Positions 38,044-48,509 are shown, counted from the first letter of the whole stretch. The stretch is DNA of 64,000 nucleotides, filler included, from Nanobdellota archaeon (GCA_051819665.1; 5 parts of 5 records of this genome joined end to end with filler, not necessarily neighbours in it); one strand, 5' to 3'. The notes: generated by a model not told the origin, from the sequence alone. Numbers and translations: made by a program.

Positions 38044-40554
38044 TCAATCCCTGAACTCATCGAGCTGTTTCCTGAATTTCTTTATGGAAGACAGGACATG
38101 AGCTTTCTGTGTCTTCAGTTTCTCAGCAGCCTCAGCAAGGACATCACCCTCTGATTCTTCCTCTGTCCTGAGAGTAAGATCGGGCATCTCCCTGCCCTTC
38201 TTCTTGGCTTTCTTTGCCTTCTTCCACAGGCTGAAAAGCTCTTCCGCCCTTGCAGGTATCTGTGAGGGCTTACAATTGAGCAGGTTTGCTGCCTCATCGA
38301 TCATCTTCTGATCCTCATTCGCGACATCCTCCGCTTTACCACCAGCTGTGAAGGTTATCCTTACAATGCCATCCTGTATCTTCGAGCTCTTGAGAAGTTT
38401 TATCCTTCCTGCTTCCGATGTCCGGTTTAGATGAGTCCCACCGCAGGCCTCAACATCATAGCCTTTTATATTTACAATCCTCAGTTTTCTCCCTGGGACT
38501 GCTCCACCCTGGTAGATCCTCATACCATGCTCTTTCTCTGCCTCTTCTCTCGGCATGAATTTCTTCTCGATCTCTATGTCCTTTTCTACGATGTCATTGG
38601 CTATCCTCTCGATCTCCCTGAGCTCGCCATCACCGATGTTCTGATAATGGGTTATATCAAGGGTGGCTTTATCAAGGGTCTTCCTCGCACCTGCCTGATT
38701 GACATGATCCCCAAGGACCTCTTTCGCAGCCGCATTGACTATATGAGTAGAGGTATGATGCTCTGCAAGTTGTTCTCTCCTTTCAGGATCAACCTTGCCT
38801 CTTACATTATCTCCGGTTGAGAATGAGATGTTCTCCATCTCGTGTATGATGACATTGCCCTGCTTGAAGACCCTCTTCACCCTGTCTCCGTTTATATCTC
38901 CAGTATCGTGAAGCTGTCCTCCTGATGTTGGATAGAACATGGTCCTGTCGAGGATAACATGGTTGTCTGTTATCTTAAGGACCTTGGCTGAGAATTCATC
39001 CGGCCTCCAGTCACCGTAATAGAGAATCTCTGTATCAGACACAGTACCAATATCAACCTCTTCCTTGTTAGTGCTTGTATCTATCTCCTGCTGTTCATGC
39101 CTCTCCGAGACAAGAGCATAGAAATTTTCAGGTACTTCAACCTCCTTGCCGAGCTTCTTGGCTTCCTCCTTCACGATCTCAGGGCTTATGCCTTTACTGT
39201 CATAAAGGTCAAGAAGTGTCTCTGTGTTTATCTCCTTCTTCACGGCCTGCTTAACGATCTGGCTGCTCCTCCTTTTCATCTCATAGTACCTTTCCTTCTC
39301 GACATCAAGGACTCTCTTCACATTGGGAAGGTGTTTCAAAAGCTCCGGGAAAAGCCCCTCAAGCTCTTTGGCATGCCACTCCGCGACTTTGCCCATATCG
39401 ATTGTCCAGCCATTCTTATCAATGAAAGACATGGCTCTCCTGAAGATGAGCCTGAGATTGTATCCTCCACCTACATTACTGGGTAGAGAACCGTCAACTA
39501 TAGCAACAAGGAGAGTCCTCGCATGCTCGGCCACTGAATATAGGGCAGTCATCGGAGCTATCTTGCGTTTGAGCTCGTCAACAGAGACATTTATCTTACC
39601 TGCAACATCCTCCCAGGCAGTATCCATATCTTCAACCTCATCAGCATTGAGAAGAGCGGAATACCTGCAGAACTTCGCATAGAGTTCCTGATCGAATGAT
39701 ACATCCGTAGCTTCCTTCAGTTTAGCTATGGTCTCAGGAAAAGTCGCCTCATAGATATTGCTCTTCCCCTGGCTGAACCATGCTATCCTTTCCATGCCGA
39801 GGCCCATGTCCAGCACTTTATTCTTCAAAGGCTGCCTGCCTGAATCTGTCTGTTCATAAAGCATATAGACCTGGTTGAATAATTCTATACCTCTCGAGAA
39901 GAATTCCATGCACGGACCGAAATTCCCTCCTCCTGCCCATGCATCTTCGTGAAGAGTGAGCTCTTCTTTAGGAAGTCCAACACCCGTTATCAGATAATCA
40001 TATATATCCTTGAAAGCCTTCTCCTGATCCCACTCTGACTCATCGACGAACATGTGCTGGCCTATCATAACAAAACCTGTCATGTGGCTGCCGGTAATGC
40101 CGACATTATCTACATCAGCAAAGCGGAGGCAGAATTGGGGGATCACAAGCTTCCTGGCCGGAGGTTCTATCTCTCCTGTCACCACATAAGGCTGGAAAGC
40201 CGCGATAGAAGCGATAACGAATTCAGTAGTCGGGTTCCATCTCGCAGCGGTAGGGTATCTCTCAATGGCAGTATAGCCTCTCGGGCCGAGCATCTCCTTG
40301 ATCTTCTCCCATACATTGATATAGCTGAGCTCATTCTTTGCAGGATTATCCTCTGTGATGTTCACGCCACCCTGGCATTCAGGATCACCGCATATCACTT
40401 GATCTTCGTTTACTGTCCAGAAGAAGGTACCACAGCTTGTGCACTCTCTCCTCATGAAACCTTCCTTCTTCAGGAATTCTGTCGGATAATTATTCTCCGG
40501 GTCCTTGCTGGCTTCCTTCTTGAACTCCTTCTTAAGCTCCTTATCTGATAACAT
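38044..40554 (-). CDS. alaS: Alanine--tRNA ligase (archaeal type)
   Basis: N-terminal CTSCGTFFW, PQFCLRF, DMGLGMER, FYPTSGGQ, editing motifs HTSTH and EACGGTH. Confidence 0.97.
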   Translation of the reverse strand: MLSDKELKKEFKKEASKDPENNYPTEFLKKEGFMRRECTSCGTFFWTVNEDQVICGDPECQGGVNITEDNPAKNELSYINVWEKIKEMLGPRGYTAIERYPTAARWNPTTEFVIASIAAFQPYVVTGEIEPPARKLVIPQFCLRFADVDNVGITGSHMTGFVMIGQHMFVDESEWDQEKAFKDIYDYLITGVGLPKEELTLHEDAWAGGGNFGPCMEFFSRGIELFNQVYMLYEQTDSGRQPLKNKVLDMGLGMERIAWFSQGKSNIYEATFPETIAKLKEATDVSFDQELYAKFCRYSALLNADEVEDMDTAWEDVAGKINVSVDELKRKIAPMTALYSVAEHARTLLVAIVDGSLPSNVGGGYNLRLIFRRAMSFIDKNGWTIDMGKVAEWHAKELEGLFPELLKHLPNVKRVLDVEKERYYEMKRRSSQIVKQAVKKEINTETLLDLYDSKGISPEIVKEEAKKLGKEVEVPENFYALVSERHEQQEIDTSTNKEEVDIGTVSDTEILYYGDWRPDEFSAKVLKITDNHVILDRTMFYPTSGGQLHDTGDINGDRVKRVFKQGNVIIHEMENISFSTGDNVRGKVDPERREQLAEHHTSTHIVNAAAKEVLGDHVNQAGARKTLDKATLDITHYQNIGDGELREIERIANDIVEKDIEIEKKFMPREEAEKEHGMRIYQGGAVPGRKLRIVNIKGYDVEACGGTHLNRTSEAGRIKLLKSSKIQDGIVRITFTAGGKAEDVANEDQKMIDEAANLLNCKPSQIPARAEELFSLWKKAKKAKKKGREMPDLTLRTEEESEGDVLAEAAEKLKTQKAHVLSSIKKFRKQLDEFRD

Positions 40555-40629
40555 ACTGATACAGGCATAGAATTATGTTTAAATAATTTTCTTTATCCCG
40601 AAAATATAGAATAAAAAAAGAATAAGGAA

Positions 40630-41412
40630 TCAACCCATGCTGGGGATGTCCATATTAGGTTCACAAGGTTCCATATCAGAGCTGCTAGGGCTGTCTTCGA
40701 TCGAACTCGCTTCCGCTTTTGATATCAACTCGTCATTGTTGTTCTTATCAATAGTCTCCACAAAAGCTGGTATCCCTCTGTCTGTCACGCAATAGGTAGA
40801 GACTTGATGTACACCCTCTTTCTCATAGACAAATTCATAACAGTCAGTACTCTTGCCGGCTATGCTCCTTGTGCCTTCTGATGTGACTGTCAGGGATTTA
40901 TCATCAGATGTGATCTTCCCTTCAGGCAGAGTTGTCATGCTATGCAGGGATTCCGGATCAAATCCGCCTACATCCATGTTGCTCAGATCTATACAGTCTC
41001 CATTAGAGGATTCAACAACTGTCTTATCCTCAAGCAGCCATGCTTTGTATTGACCCTCTGCATCTATACGCCCTTCGCCATCCAGGGAATATATAGTAAC
41101 TGTCTCTTCCTTTCCACTGCTTGTCGTGACATCATAAGTCACCTTGTATTCCGGGTTCTTCTCTGCTATTGATCTGAACTCCTCCAAGGATTCATCCGCC
41201 GGTTCTTCCTCTGCATTATCTCCTGTGTCTTCTTCTGTATCTGCCGGCTCGTTCTCCTCTTCAGGTGATGTTTCGGTCTCCTGAGTTTGTGTCTCCTCAT
41301 CTTCACCTGTATCCTGTACTGTATCCTCAGGAACTTGTTCTGTTGACCCTTCACATCCTGCCAGCATAAGAGCTACCATCAACAAAGTAATCAAAGCTAA
41401 TTCTTTTCTCAT
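40630..41412 (-). CDS. Acidic lipoprotein
   Basis: MRKELALITLLMVALMLAGC lipobox; acidic linker; beta-rich domain. Confidence 0.8.
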   Translation of the reverse strand: MRKELALITLLMVALMLAGCEGSTEQVPEDTVQDTGEDEETQTQETETSPEEENEPADTEEDTGDNAEEEPADESLEEFRSIAEKNPEYKVTYDVTTSSGKEETVTIYSLDGEGRIDAEGQYKAWLLEDKTVVESSNGDCIDLSNMDVGGFDPESLHSMTTLPEGKITSDDKSLTVTSEGTRSIAGKSTDCYEFVYEKEGVHQVSTYCVTDRGIPAFVETIDKNNNDELISKAEASSIEDSPSSSDMEPCEPNMDIPSMG

Positions 41413-41555
41413 TTTATCTCCCCCTTTAAAAATCGGGCTCTTCACCCAGGATTAACACTATTAACCCCTATTTATAAATCTTTTTGTATTTTGCCGGGGA
41501 ATTTCAGGTATATTTATAAATAAACAGTGTTTATAAAATTCTGGAGGTGTTTATC

Positions 41556-41645
41556 ATGAAAGAACTGAAGAGTTTAGATCCTGTTTCGGTTGCCAAAGTG
41601 CATGGATTGATAATGGTCATAGTCGGCCTGGTCTTTGGCCTGATA
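41556..41645 (+). CDS. Membrane protein N-terminus (DUF3566-like), truncated at the contig end
   Basis: GGAGGTG SD; MKELKSLDPVSVAKVHGLIMVIVGLVFGLI. Confidence 0.55.
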
Positions 41646-41745
41646 NNNNNNNNNNNNNNNNNNNNNNNNNNNNNNNNNNNNNNNNNNNNTTAATTAATTA
41701 ANNNNNNNNNNNNNNNNNNNNNNNNNNNNNNNNNNNNNNNNNNNN
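41646..41745. other. Artificial contig linker
   Basis: 44 N + TTAATTAATTAA + 44 N. Confidence 0.97.
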
Positions 41746-41963
41746 ATCAACACATGTCTTCTTCAGACATATAGAAACACTTGGCGGCTTAGTGCAATTG
41801 AATGATGGAATCCACAAACTCGAAGAGATAATGCCAAAAGAAGATATGTATAAGAAAACAGAAATCAAGAAATATTGATTTTTTTATTTTTCTTATTACT
41901 AACCTAAAAATTACAACCCATAAAACAAAACTTTTAAATCATAACACCCCATAAAAACAGTAC

Positions 41964-42641
41964 ATGTTTAGAAAAAAGAAAGCAATGAGTTTTCATGAAA
42001 TAAAAGACCAAGTTCTCAAAGGATATTCAAAGAGATGGAACCTCAAGGCATTAAACTATAGCCTAAAGAATAATGAAATCAACCAAAAAGAAAGAGATAA
42101 GCTGATCGCTCTCATATATTCCAGAGGAAAGACAGATAAACTACTCAAGATGAGAGGACACCATATCACCAATAGGATGATAATGGGCCAGATGCTTATG
42201 GGCAAGGCTACAGAAGCTGACTATAGAAAGAACGAACTGATGAAGAAGGTATATTCCGAAAAATTCATCTGGGATTATAATCACTATCTTTTCTGCATTG
42301 ATAAGGATTCAATAATCCAAGTTGTTGAGGGATCTGATGATATCTGTTACCTTGATTGCCCTTACTTCAAATATTGCGATAAAAATGACAGTGAAAGATT
42401 TAAAGCAGAGATGACAAAGAAGATAAATGAAAATAGGGATATATACCCAGAGGAGGCTGATAAATGGGCCAAAGGCATACAATATCTGAAAAGCTATAAT
42501 GAAATAGATAATTTATGCCTGGATCATGTGGGAAGTAAGAACGGAAGCCCGAAAGTAGGATGGATAATCCGCTTCGGCGACCTATTCTTTGTGGACAAAG
42601 TGAAGCTCTTTAAAGAGGACACACTGTGGGAGTTTATATAA
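41964..42641 (+). CDS. Hypothetical protein with a DUF1284-like metal-binding motif
   Basis: MRGHH..YSEKF..IQVVEGSDDICYLDCPYFKYC. Confidence 0.5.
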   Translation: MFRKKKAMSFHEIKDQVLKGYSKRWNLKALNYSLKNNEINQKERDKLIALIYSRGKTDKLLKMRGHHITNRMIMGQMLMGKATEADYRKNELMKKVYSEKFIWDYNHYLFCIDKDSIIQVVEGSDDICYLDCPYFKYCDKNDSERFKAEMTKKINENRDIYPEEADKWAKGIQYLKSYNEIDNLCLDHVGSKNGSPKVGWIIRFGDLFFVDKVKLFKEDTLWEFI

Positions 42642-42776
42642 CACCAAATTCATCCCACTGCAGGCCCGAATTCGTATTCAGTATCTGATCCCTTATCCCC
42701 TTATAACTCATGCCTTTATATGACATGAAATTATTTCAGGATAAAGTGATATATAATGTTTTTCTCCAAGAATTAT

Positions 42777-43025
42777 CTAAATCATCTCTAGCATCGAGAC
42801 GATGTTCCATAACTGCGTCCTCGTATAAGGCTCTAGATTAGTATCATCGGTAAGCTCATCAAGTTCATTTAGTGCCTTATTTACCTTAAGGGAGACTTCA
42901 GAATTTTCTGTGAGGATGGATTTAGTGGACTGGATCTTTATCTTGACGTTCTTCGGCACTGTATTGTCCTCCAACAGCTCATCCAGAGCATCCACTACTT
43001 CTTCAAGCTTCGACATTCTCATCAC
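42777..43025 (-). CDS. UPF0147 family protein
   Basis: DNTVPKNVK..DTNLEPYTRTQLWNIVSMLE. Confidence 0.9.
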   Translation of the reverse strand: MMRMSKLEEVVDALDELLEDNTVPKNVKIKIQSTKSILTENSEVSLKVNKALNELDELTDDTNLEPYTRTQLWNIVSMLEMI

Positions 43026-43341
43026 TCTTGTTTCCCATCACTTCTTTCTGCAGGGCAGATGCTTTCTCCTTGATCTTCTCTTCCTGTTTCTGGATCGATT
43101 TTACCCTGACTTCCAGTTTCTCCTTCTTCTCCCGGAGCTCTTCCTTCAGCCCCTCACCTGAACGGGAGACCATTATATTGCCGACAATCTTATACGACTC
43201 TTTAGCCCCTTCAAGTTCCTTAAGGGCAGATTCTATCTCCATAAGCTGGGACTGGAGTTCCTGTCTCTGCGTAAGAAAACTATGTGCCCTCTGCTCCAGT
43301 TGACTCAACTGTGCAGCCTTGTCCTGCTCTTGCTTATCCAT
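43003..43341 (-). CDS. pfdB: Prefoldin beta subunit
   Basis: Coiled coil - YKIVGNIMV hairpin - coiled coil; conserved operon position. Confidence 0.92.
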   Translation of the reverse strand: MDKQEQDKAAQLSQLEQRAHSFLTQRQELQSQLMEIESALKELEGAKESYKIVGNIMVSRSGEGLKEELREKKEKLEVRVKSIQKQEEKIKEKASALQKEVMGNKSDENVEA

Positions 43342-43552
43342 TTTTCAACCTCGACATCTTCTCGTGAGCAGTGAATATCTTCGCTACCCCATTAAGGGAA
43401 GCCCTCAGAGCCACTGAATCTTCCGCCTCGATCCTTACGATAAGGCCTCCAGCAGTCTCTTCAGTCCATACACGGGCCCTCTCGCCCTTATAGTCATCAA
43501 CCAATCCATTGAGAGAGACATCATCAACCTCAATAGAGGTTTTATATCTCAT
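43334..43552 (-). CDS. pcc1: KEOPS subunit Pcc1
   Basis: ERARV..IEAEDSVALRASLNG; lies between rpoP and pfdB. Confidence 0.82.
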   Translation of the reverse strand: MRYKTSIEVDDVSLNGLVDDYKGERARVWTEETAGGLIVRIEAEDSVALRASLNGVAKIFTAHEKMSRLKNG

Positions 43553-43686
43553 CTTGCCTTGATCCTGGTTGTGGCAGTCCTTGATTTGAAGAGTATCTTC
43601 GAACCACAATACGGGCATCTGACCTTTTTCCTCAGGAAGTCAGATTCTACCTTCCTGTTGCATTTAAAACATGTATATTCGACCAT
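43549..43686 (-). CDS. rpoP: RNA polymerase subunit P (Rpo12), absent from the ORF track
   Basis: MVEYTCFKCNRKVESDFLRKKVRCPYCGSKILFKSRTATTRIKAR. Confidence 0.92.
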   Translation of the reverse strand: MVEYTCFKCNRKVESDFLRKKVRCPYCGSKILFKSRTATTRIKAR

Positions 43687-43691
43687 TCTTA

Positions 43692-44075
43692 TCACTCAGA
43701 TTTCTCATCTGAATCCTCTTCTTCAGGTTCTTCCATCCCGAAATCTTCTGGCTCTCTCTTGATCTCAGATTCGGCCTTATACCTTTCAGAGTCCTCTTTA
43801 TCCTTCTCAATCGACTCGATAGGAGCATCTCCTCCGGACTTATCAACCTTAGAAACCTTCTCAGGCACAAGCTCATATGCCCTGCCGGTGAATTTATTTT
43901 CACATTTACTGCATTTCCAGATGCCTACAGCTTCTCTCCGTGCAGAGATTTTCCTGCAATATGGGCACTTATAGACTTTCCTTTGTTTGCTCTCTATATG
44001 AGCCGCATTCGTCCTGACTGTCCTTCCGTATCTTGCTCCGTACCTTTTAATTGAACCTTGACTTTTGATTGCCAT
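43692..44075 (-). CDS. rpl37ae: 50S ribosomal protein L37Ae (eL43) with an acidic C-terminal extension
   Basis: RYGARYG, CPYC, GIWKCSKC, FTGRAY. Confidence 0.95.
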   Translation of the reverse strand: MAIKSQGSIKRYGARYGRTVRTNAAHIESKQRKVYKCPYCRKISARREAVGIWKCSKCENKFTGRAYELVPEKVSKVDKSGGDAPIESIEKDKEDSERYKAESEIKREPEDFGMEEPEEEDSDEKSE

Positions 44076-44101
44076 GTGATTCCTCCTTAAGATTATGAAT
44101 A

Positions 44102-44205
44102 TGGGGCTGCTCGGACATCCGTCATAACAAAAAGACTGCTATGAATTCGAACCGAGGTCACCAGGTCCCAAACCTGGAAGTATAGCCAAGCTAACCCACA
44201 GCCCC
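44102..44205 (-). tRNA. tRNA-Pro(TGG) with a 30-nt intron (44116-44145) at position 59/60
   Basis: GGGGCTG/CAGCCCC acceptor stem; CCAGG-TTTGGGA-CCTGG anticodon arm; T loop TTCGAA^T interrupted by an insert that forms a BHB motif. Confidence 0.93.
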
Positions 44206-44316
44206 ATTCTTCCCTTTGAGAACAGTGAGCTATTTAAATAGTTTTCGCTTCATGAAATCAAGAGGCTGGCCTCCACAGCCGAAACATATATTAATCAATT
44301 AAGCAGAGAAACTAAT

Positions 44317-44694
44317 ATGATTTTGGTAAAAGACTGGATGAGCAAGCCGGTAAACACTGTAAAAAAAGAGGAGTCCGCTTTCAAGGCTGTAGAGAACGTA
44401 GCTGAAGAGGGCATAGGGGATGTCGTTGTTGTGGATGATGACAATAACCCTATAGGCATAGTCACAGAGAGAGACATAATCAACAGGCTTCTTTACGAGA
44501 AAAGAGACCCGGACAAAACAAGGATTGAAGATATCATGACCCGTGATATAAAGACCGTCGACAAACATACTCCCCTTCTCAAGGTCTCCAGGCTCATGAA
44601 AGAAGGTAATTTCAGACGTATCCCTGTCACGGACAAGAACAAACTCGCAGGGATCATTACATCAAGGGATCTAGTCCACTTCATGTCATTATGA
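44317..44694 (+). CDS. Stand-alone CBS-domain pair protein
   Basis: VKDWMSKPV, GIVTERDI, IMTRDI, RRIPV..GIITSRDL. Confidence 0.9.
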   Translation: MILVKDWMSKPVNTVKKEESAFKAVENVAEEGIGDVVVVDDDNNPIGIVTERDIINRLLYEKRDPDKTRIEDIMTRDIKTVDKHTPLLKVSRLMKEGNFRRIPVTDKNKLAGIITSRDLVHFMSL

Positions 44695-45098
44695 AAAAGA
44701 GGTCACAGTACGCCGCAGAGTATCTTATGGTATTCGCATTCTCGATCATGATACTTGTACCTGTAATCTTCCTCATAACCGAGGAGACAGAGCAGGTGAA
44801 GACCAAGCTGCATTCAGAGAGAGCTTTCTCGACAGCACAGAAGATAACAGAGACCGCCCTTAAGGTGCATTATCTGGGAGAAGGCTCGATGAGCAGGATC
44901 TCGGTTATGATCCCGGAGAACATAAAGGATACAGAGATAAGGGACAGGGAGGTCCTGCTTACGCTCAGAGATCAGGGTCTCGAGACCGATATCTATCACA
45001 CATCCAGGATAAACTTAACAGGCTCTCTCCCATCCAGACCGGGAAAATACGAACTAAAGGTAAGATCAGAAGGTGATAAGGTTTGGGTGGGCATTTAA
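44691..45098 (+). CDS. Pilin-like protein, class III signal peptide
   Basis: MKKRS/QYAAEYL (Q+1, E+5) plus hydrophobic helix. Confidence 0.8.
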   Translation: MKKRSQYAAEYLMVFAFSIMILVPVIFLITEETEQVKTKLHSERAFSTAQKITETALKVHYLGEGSMSRISVMIPENIKDTEIRDREVLLTLRDQGLETDIYHTSRINLTGSLPSRPGKYELKVRSEGDKVWVGI

Positions 45099-45475
45099 GA
45101 GGACAAGTATCTATAGAGTTCATAGTGACCCTCCTGCTGGCTTTCGTCTTCTTTTCCACATTGATACTCTATTTCTCTGAAAAAGCCGGCAGCTATACTG
45201 AACAGGAAAGATACGATAAGCTCGAAGAGACAGCGGCCAGAGTGAAGCTGGAGCTGGAGACAGCATTGCTTGTCAAAGATGGCTATAGGAGAGAATTCAT
45301 CCTGCCTGAAGAGATCAACAACAGAGGATACAAAATAAGTAAGAAGGGAGAAGAGCTCATCCTTGAACAGGGGGATTCAGAAGTCGTGAAGATCATACCA
45401 AGGGTTGAAGGCAGCATAAACGAGGGCATGAATACAGTGACAAAGAACAACGACACGATAAGGGTGTTCCAATGA
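45083..45475 (+). CDS. Pilin-like protein, class III signal peptide
   Basis: TTG start after AGGTGA; LRG/QVSIEF. Confidence 0.8.
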   Translation: MGGHLRGQVSIEFIVTLLLAFVFFSTLILYFSEKAGSYTEQERYDKLEETAARVKLELETALLVKDGYRREFILPEEINNRGYKISKKGEELILEQGDSEVVKIIPRVEGSINEGMNTVTKNNDTIRVFQ

Positions 45476-45918
45476 AAAGGGCACAGAGCTGGTACATAGA
45501 TTACACCCTAAGCCTTGCACTCTTCATAATAGCTGTCCTGCTGTTCCTCTATTACATGCCGGAAGGTAATACAGACAACACACCTGCCGATTCAGGGATC
45601 CTCTCTGATACATTGATGACAGAAGGCATACCCGAAGACTGGAACACTACAAACCTTACTACTCCCGGACTTATAACAGACAATAAGCTGGACAGGAACA
45701 AACTGGATATGCTCAGGGACCTTGGTTATAATGAATCAAGAGCCTATCTGCCCATAAGCTCTGATTACCTAATCTACTTCGAGAACGGACTTGAAGGTCT
45801 TGGGAAAATTAACAGGAGCGAACTTAGCTCATTAGAAGCCGATAATATTGTTCATGTCAGAAGGATGGTTCCTTACCAGGGCAGGATCATAAAGATGCAC
45901 GTGGTGGTCTGGGAATGA
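45472..45918 (+). CDS. Minor pilin-like protein
   Basis: MKRA/QSWYIDY; EGIPEDW motif. Confidence 0.75.
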   Translation: MKRAQSWYIDYTLSLALFIIAVLLFLYYMPEGNTDNTPADSGILSDTLMTEGIPEDWNTTNLTTPGLITDNKLDRNKLDMLRDLGYNESRAYLPISSDYLIYFENGLEGLGKINRSELSSLEADNIVHVRRMVPYQGRIIKMHVVVWE

Positions 45919-48509
45919 GGAAAGCCATATTCTACAGCATCGATGCAGCCGTGGCCTTGCTGCTCCTGCTCGGTTCAGTATTCATATTCCTAAATATAGA
46001 CGCAGACAATGTATCTACTGACAATCTCCAGAGGACAGGGAACGACCTCCTTGTAGCAATGGACTCGATGAAAGTCTCAGAAGCAGAGTATGAGACGATA
46101 AAGAAGATGATAGATAACGGGACGATAACAGAGAGACAGATGGACAAATCTATCCTGGAAACATTAGCAGAGATGTGGAGCTCCAATCAGACAGAAGAAG
46201 CGGCTATGATCATAGATGAGATAACGAACAACACAGAGAAGGATGTGGATTTCCGCCTGATGGATGAAAGCCTATACAAGAAGGAAGAGAACAGGAACCT
46301 AAGCAGGGTGCATACAAGACAGGTGATTACAGGGATCACAAAGAACAAGACAGTAAAGGGCGTCTCCTCGAGAGCATACCTCACCAATATCTCGAATAAG
46401 CTGACCTCAGAGACGATGACCTTCGGAGGTTATGTGGGACAGGGGAACATAACCAAACACGGGCTTTTACTTCCTCCTGATGCAGATATTGAGGAATTCT
46501 ACATAGAAGGTTTCTTCGCCTCCAATCTCACCATGTCGATAAACGGGGAAGAATGCATGAACATCACCGGCGAGGACACAGGCCTTGAGAGCAAGAGATA
46601 CAACCTCATAGACTGCAATGGCTCTCTGGAAGAGAACAACACTGTCGATCTGGGCTTCAAGAAGGGGATCGAAAAGTCCTACATCGGTGGTGGGCTGATC
46701 GAGGTAAAGTACAAGACAGAGAACATCGGGAAAATAGAAGATAAGCTCTATCTGCCGGGAATAAACGGGATCATAAACCTTTACAGCTCGATACCCGTGA
46801 AAGGCATAGACAGTATGGACATGTATCTTCATTATAATATAAACAGGACCATAGCCAATTATTCGGATTTCATCGTGAGGCTGGGAAACAGGACAATAAT
46901 GGAAGATAACTCCACGAACGGCGAGAATTCAGAGATGATAAAAGACATAAATCCTGAAGGAACCACTTTGCCTCTCAGAGTAGGCTTCGATGACCTCACT
47001 TATGAGATCGATAAAGACGGCAGTGCAGACGTTATCCTGATAACTGACATCTCAGGAAGCATGGACAGGTGCGTTGACAGCAACGACGACTGCGGAGACG
47101 GATGTCCTGGTTCCGAATGCAGGATAGACCTCGCCAAAGAGCTCGGAAAGAGCTTCTCGGAGAAAGTGATAAACGTGACAGGCAACAGAGTAGGCCTTGC
47201 CACATACTCTACAGACGGCCATAATGAACATGACCTAAGCAAAGATGAGGCTTCGATAAATTCCTCGATAGACTCCTTCAGCACAGGAGGGGGTACATGC
47301 ATAAGCTGCGCTATAAGGCAGGCAAGGATCATGCTTCAGGAACAGAGCAATGAATCGAGGAACAAGTTCATTATAGTGATGACCGACGGCATAGCGAACC
47401 TCGAGACTTATGATGATATTAATAATACAAACAGCTGTCCTTACTCATGGTGCGGAGGCTGGGGATGCGGCTGCCCCGATTACAAGAGCGACTGCGGGGG
47501 ATGCATGACTCACAGCTCAGAATGCGATGATTATGTCTCCGAGAATGCCATCGATGACGCCATCAATGATTCATGCTACGCAAAATCAGAGATAAACAGC
47601 ACTCTCCATTCCATTGGCTTCGGTGCAGGTGCGATCAGCTGCGATTATGCAACAAACACATTACAGGACATAGCTGACTGCGGGGAAGGCCAGTATTTCT
47701 CCAGCACCAATGTATCCGGATTATACGATATCTATGATTTCATAGCCGGAGAGATAGTCGAATCATCAACTGAAACACAGACCATGAAGATAAACAAGAC
47801 CAACACCGAATTATACCCTGACTCTTATATCAGATTCAACACAACCACAGAGGAGGAAGGGATAACTGTCACTAAGGTGACTGATCATCTCGGAAGCTGT
47901 ACACCTGATTTCGAATCACCCGAGGCAGAGATATCAGAAGCCATGATAACCTCATTCTCGTCAGATTACTGGACGGATCTTATAGGTATAAACGGGGAGA
48001 CAGTATTCAACCTCTCCTCATACTCCGACCAGTATTCAAAGCTCGGTGACCCCTTCATTCTGGACATCCCTCCGGAGAAGTTCAACAATGACAATTCCCT
48101 GCTCATAAGGACAGGCTCCTCCCCTGATAATTCGACCGGCTGTTCCCCCGACTCAAGGCTCATCTATAAGGTGAGAATCCCTACGTCTATCCCGCAGACA
48201 GACGTGCTTGACAAAGCAGAAGGTTGCGAGTGGACCATAGAATACGAGAACAATGACTCTTCCACAATAAAAGTCCCTGAGGATTATAGCGGCACGGACG
48301 ACTGTTACTTCACCTCATCGAACATCGAGTTCAAAGAGGACGATTCCATCGATAATGCCGTGCATGAATTCCTGCAGGAATTGGACATAAACGGGAATGA
48401 CAAAGTAGACATAAGGCTCGACAAGAACGAGTTCAACATCGAGACCAGTGAAGTGAATGAGATACCCAGCTTATTGGGACCCTCTGTAGCAGAGGTGGTC
48501 ATATCATGA
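45915..48509 (+). CDS. vWA-domain pilin-like adhesin (864 aa)
   Basis: MRKA/IFYSIDA leader; MIDAS DISGS..GGGT..MTDG; Cys-rich insertions; many N-x-S/T sequons. Confidence 0.85.
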   Translation: MRKAIFYSIDAAVALLLLLGSVFIFLNIDADNVSTDNLQRTGNDLLVAMDSMKVSEAEYETIKKMIDNGTITERQMDKSILETLAEMWSSNQTEEAAMIIDEITNNTEKDVDFRLMDESLYKKEENRNLSRVHTRQVITGITKNKTVKGVSSRAYLTNISNKLTSETMTFGGYVGQGNITKHGLLLPPDADIEEFYIEGFFASNLTMSINGEECMNITGEDTGLESKRYNLIDCNGSLEENNTVDLGFKKGIEKSYIGGGLIEVKYKTENIGKIEDKLYLPGINGIINLYSSIPVKGIDSMDMYLHYNINRTIANYSDFIVRLGNRTIMEDNSTNGENSEMIKDINPEGTTLPLRVGFDDLTYEIDKDGSADVILITDISGSMDRCVDSNDDCGDGCPGSECRIDLAKELGKSFSEKVINVTGNRVGLATYSTDGHNEHDLSKDEASINSSIDSFSTGGGTCISCAIRQARIMLQEQSNESRNKFIIVMTDGIANLETYDDINNTNSCPYSWCGGWGCGCPDYKSDCGGCMTHSSECDDYVSENAIDDAINDSCYAKSEINSTLHSIGFGAGAISCDYATNTLQDIADCGEGQYFSSTNVSGLYDIYDFIAGEIVESSTETQTMKINKTNTELYPDSYIRFNTTTEEEGITVTKVTDHLGSCTPDFESPEAEISEAMITSFSSDYWTDLIGINGETVFNLSSYSDQYSKLGDPFILDIPPEKFNNDNSLLIRTGSSPDNSTGCSPDSRLIYKVRIPTSIPQTDVLDKAEGCEWTIEYENNDSSTIKVPEDYSGTDDCYFTSSNIEFKEDDSIDNAVHEFLQELDINGNDKVDIRLDKNEFNIETSEVNEIPSLLGPSVAEVVIS

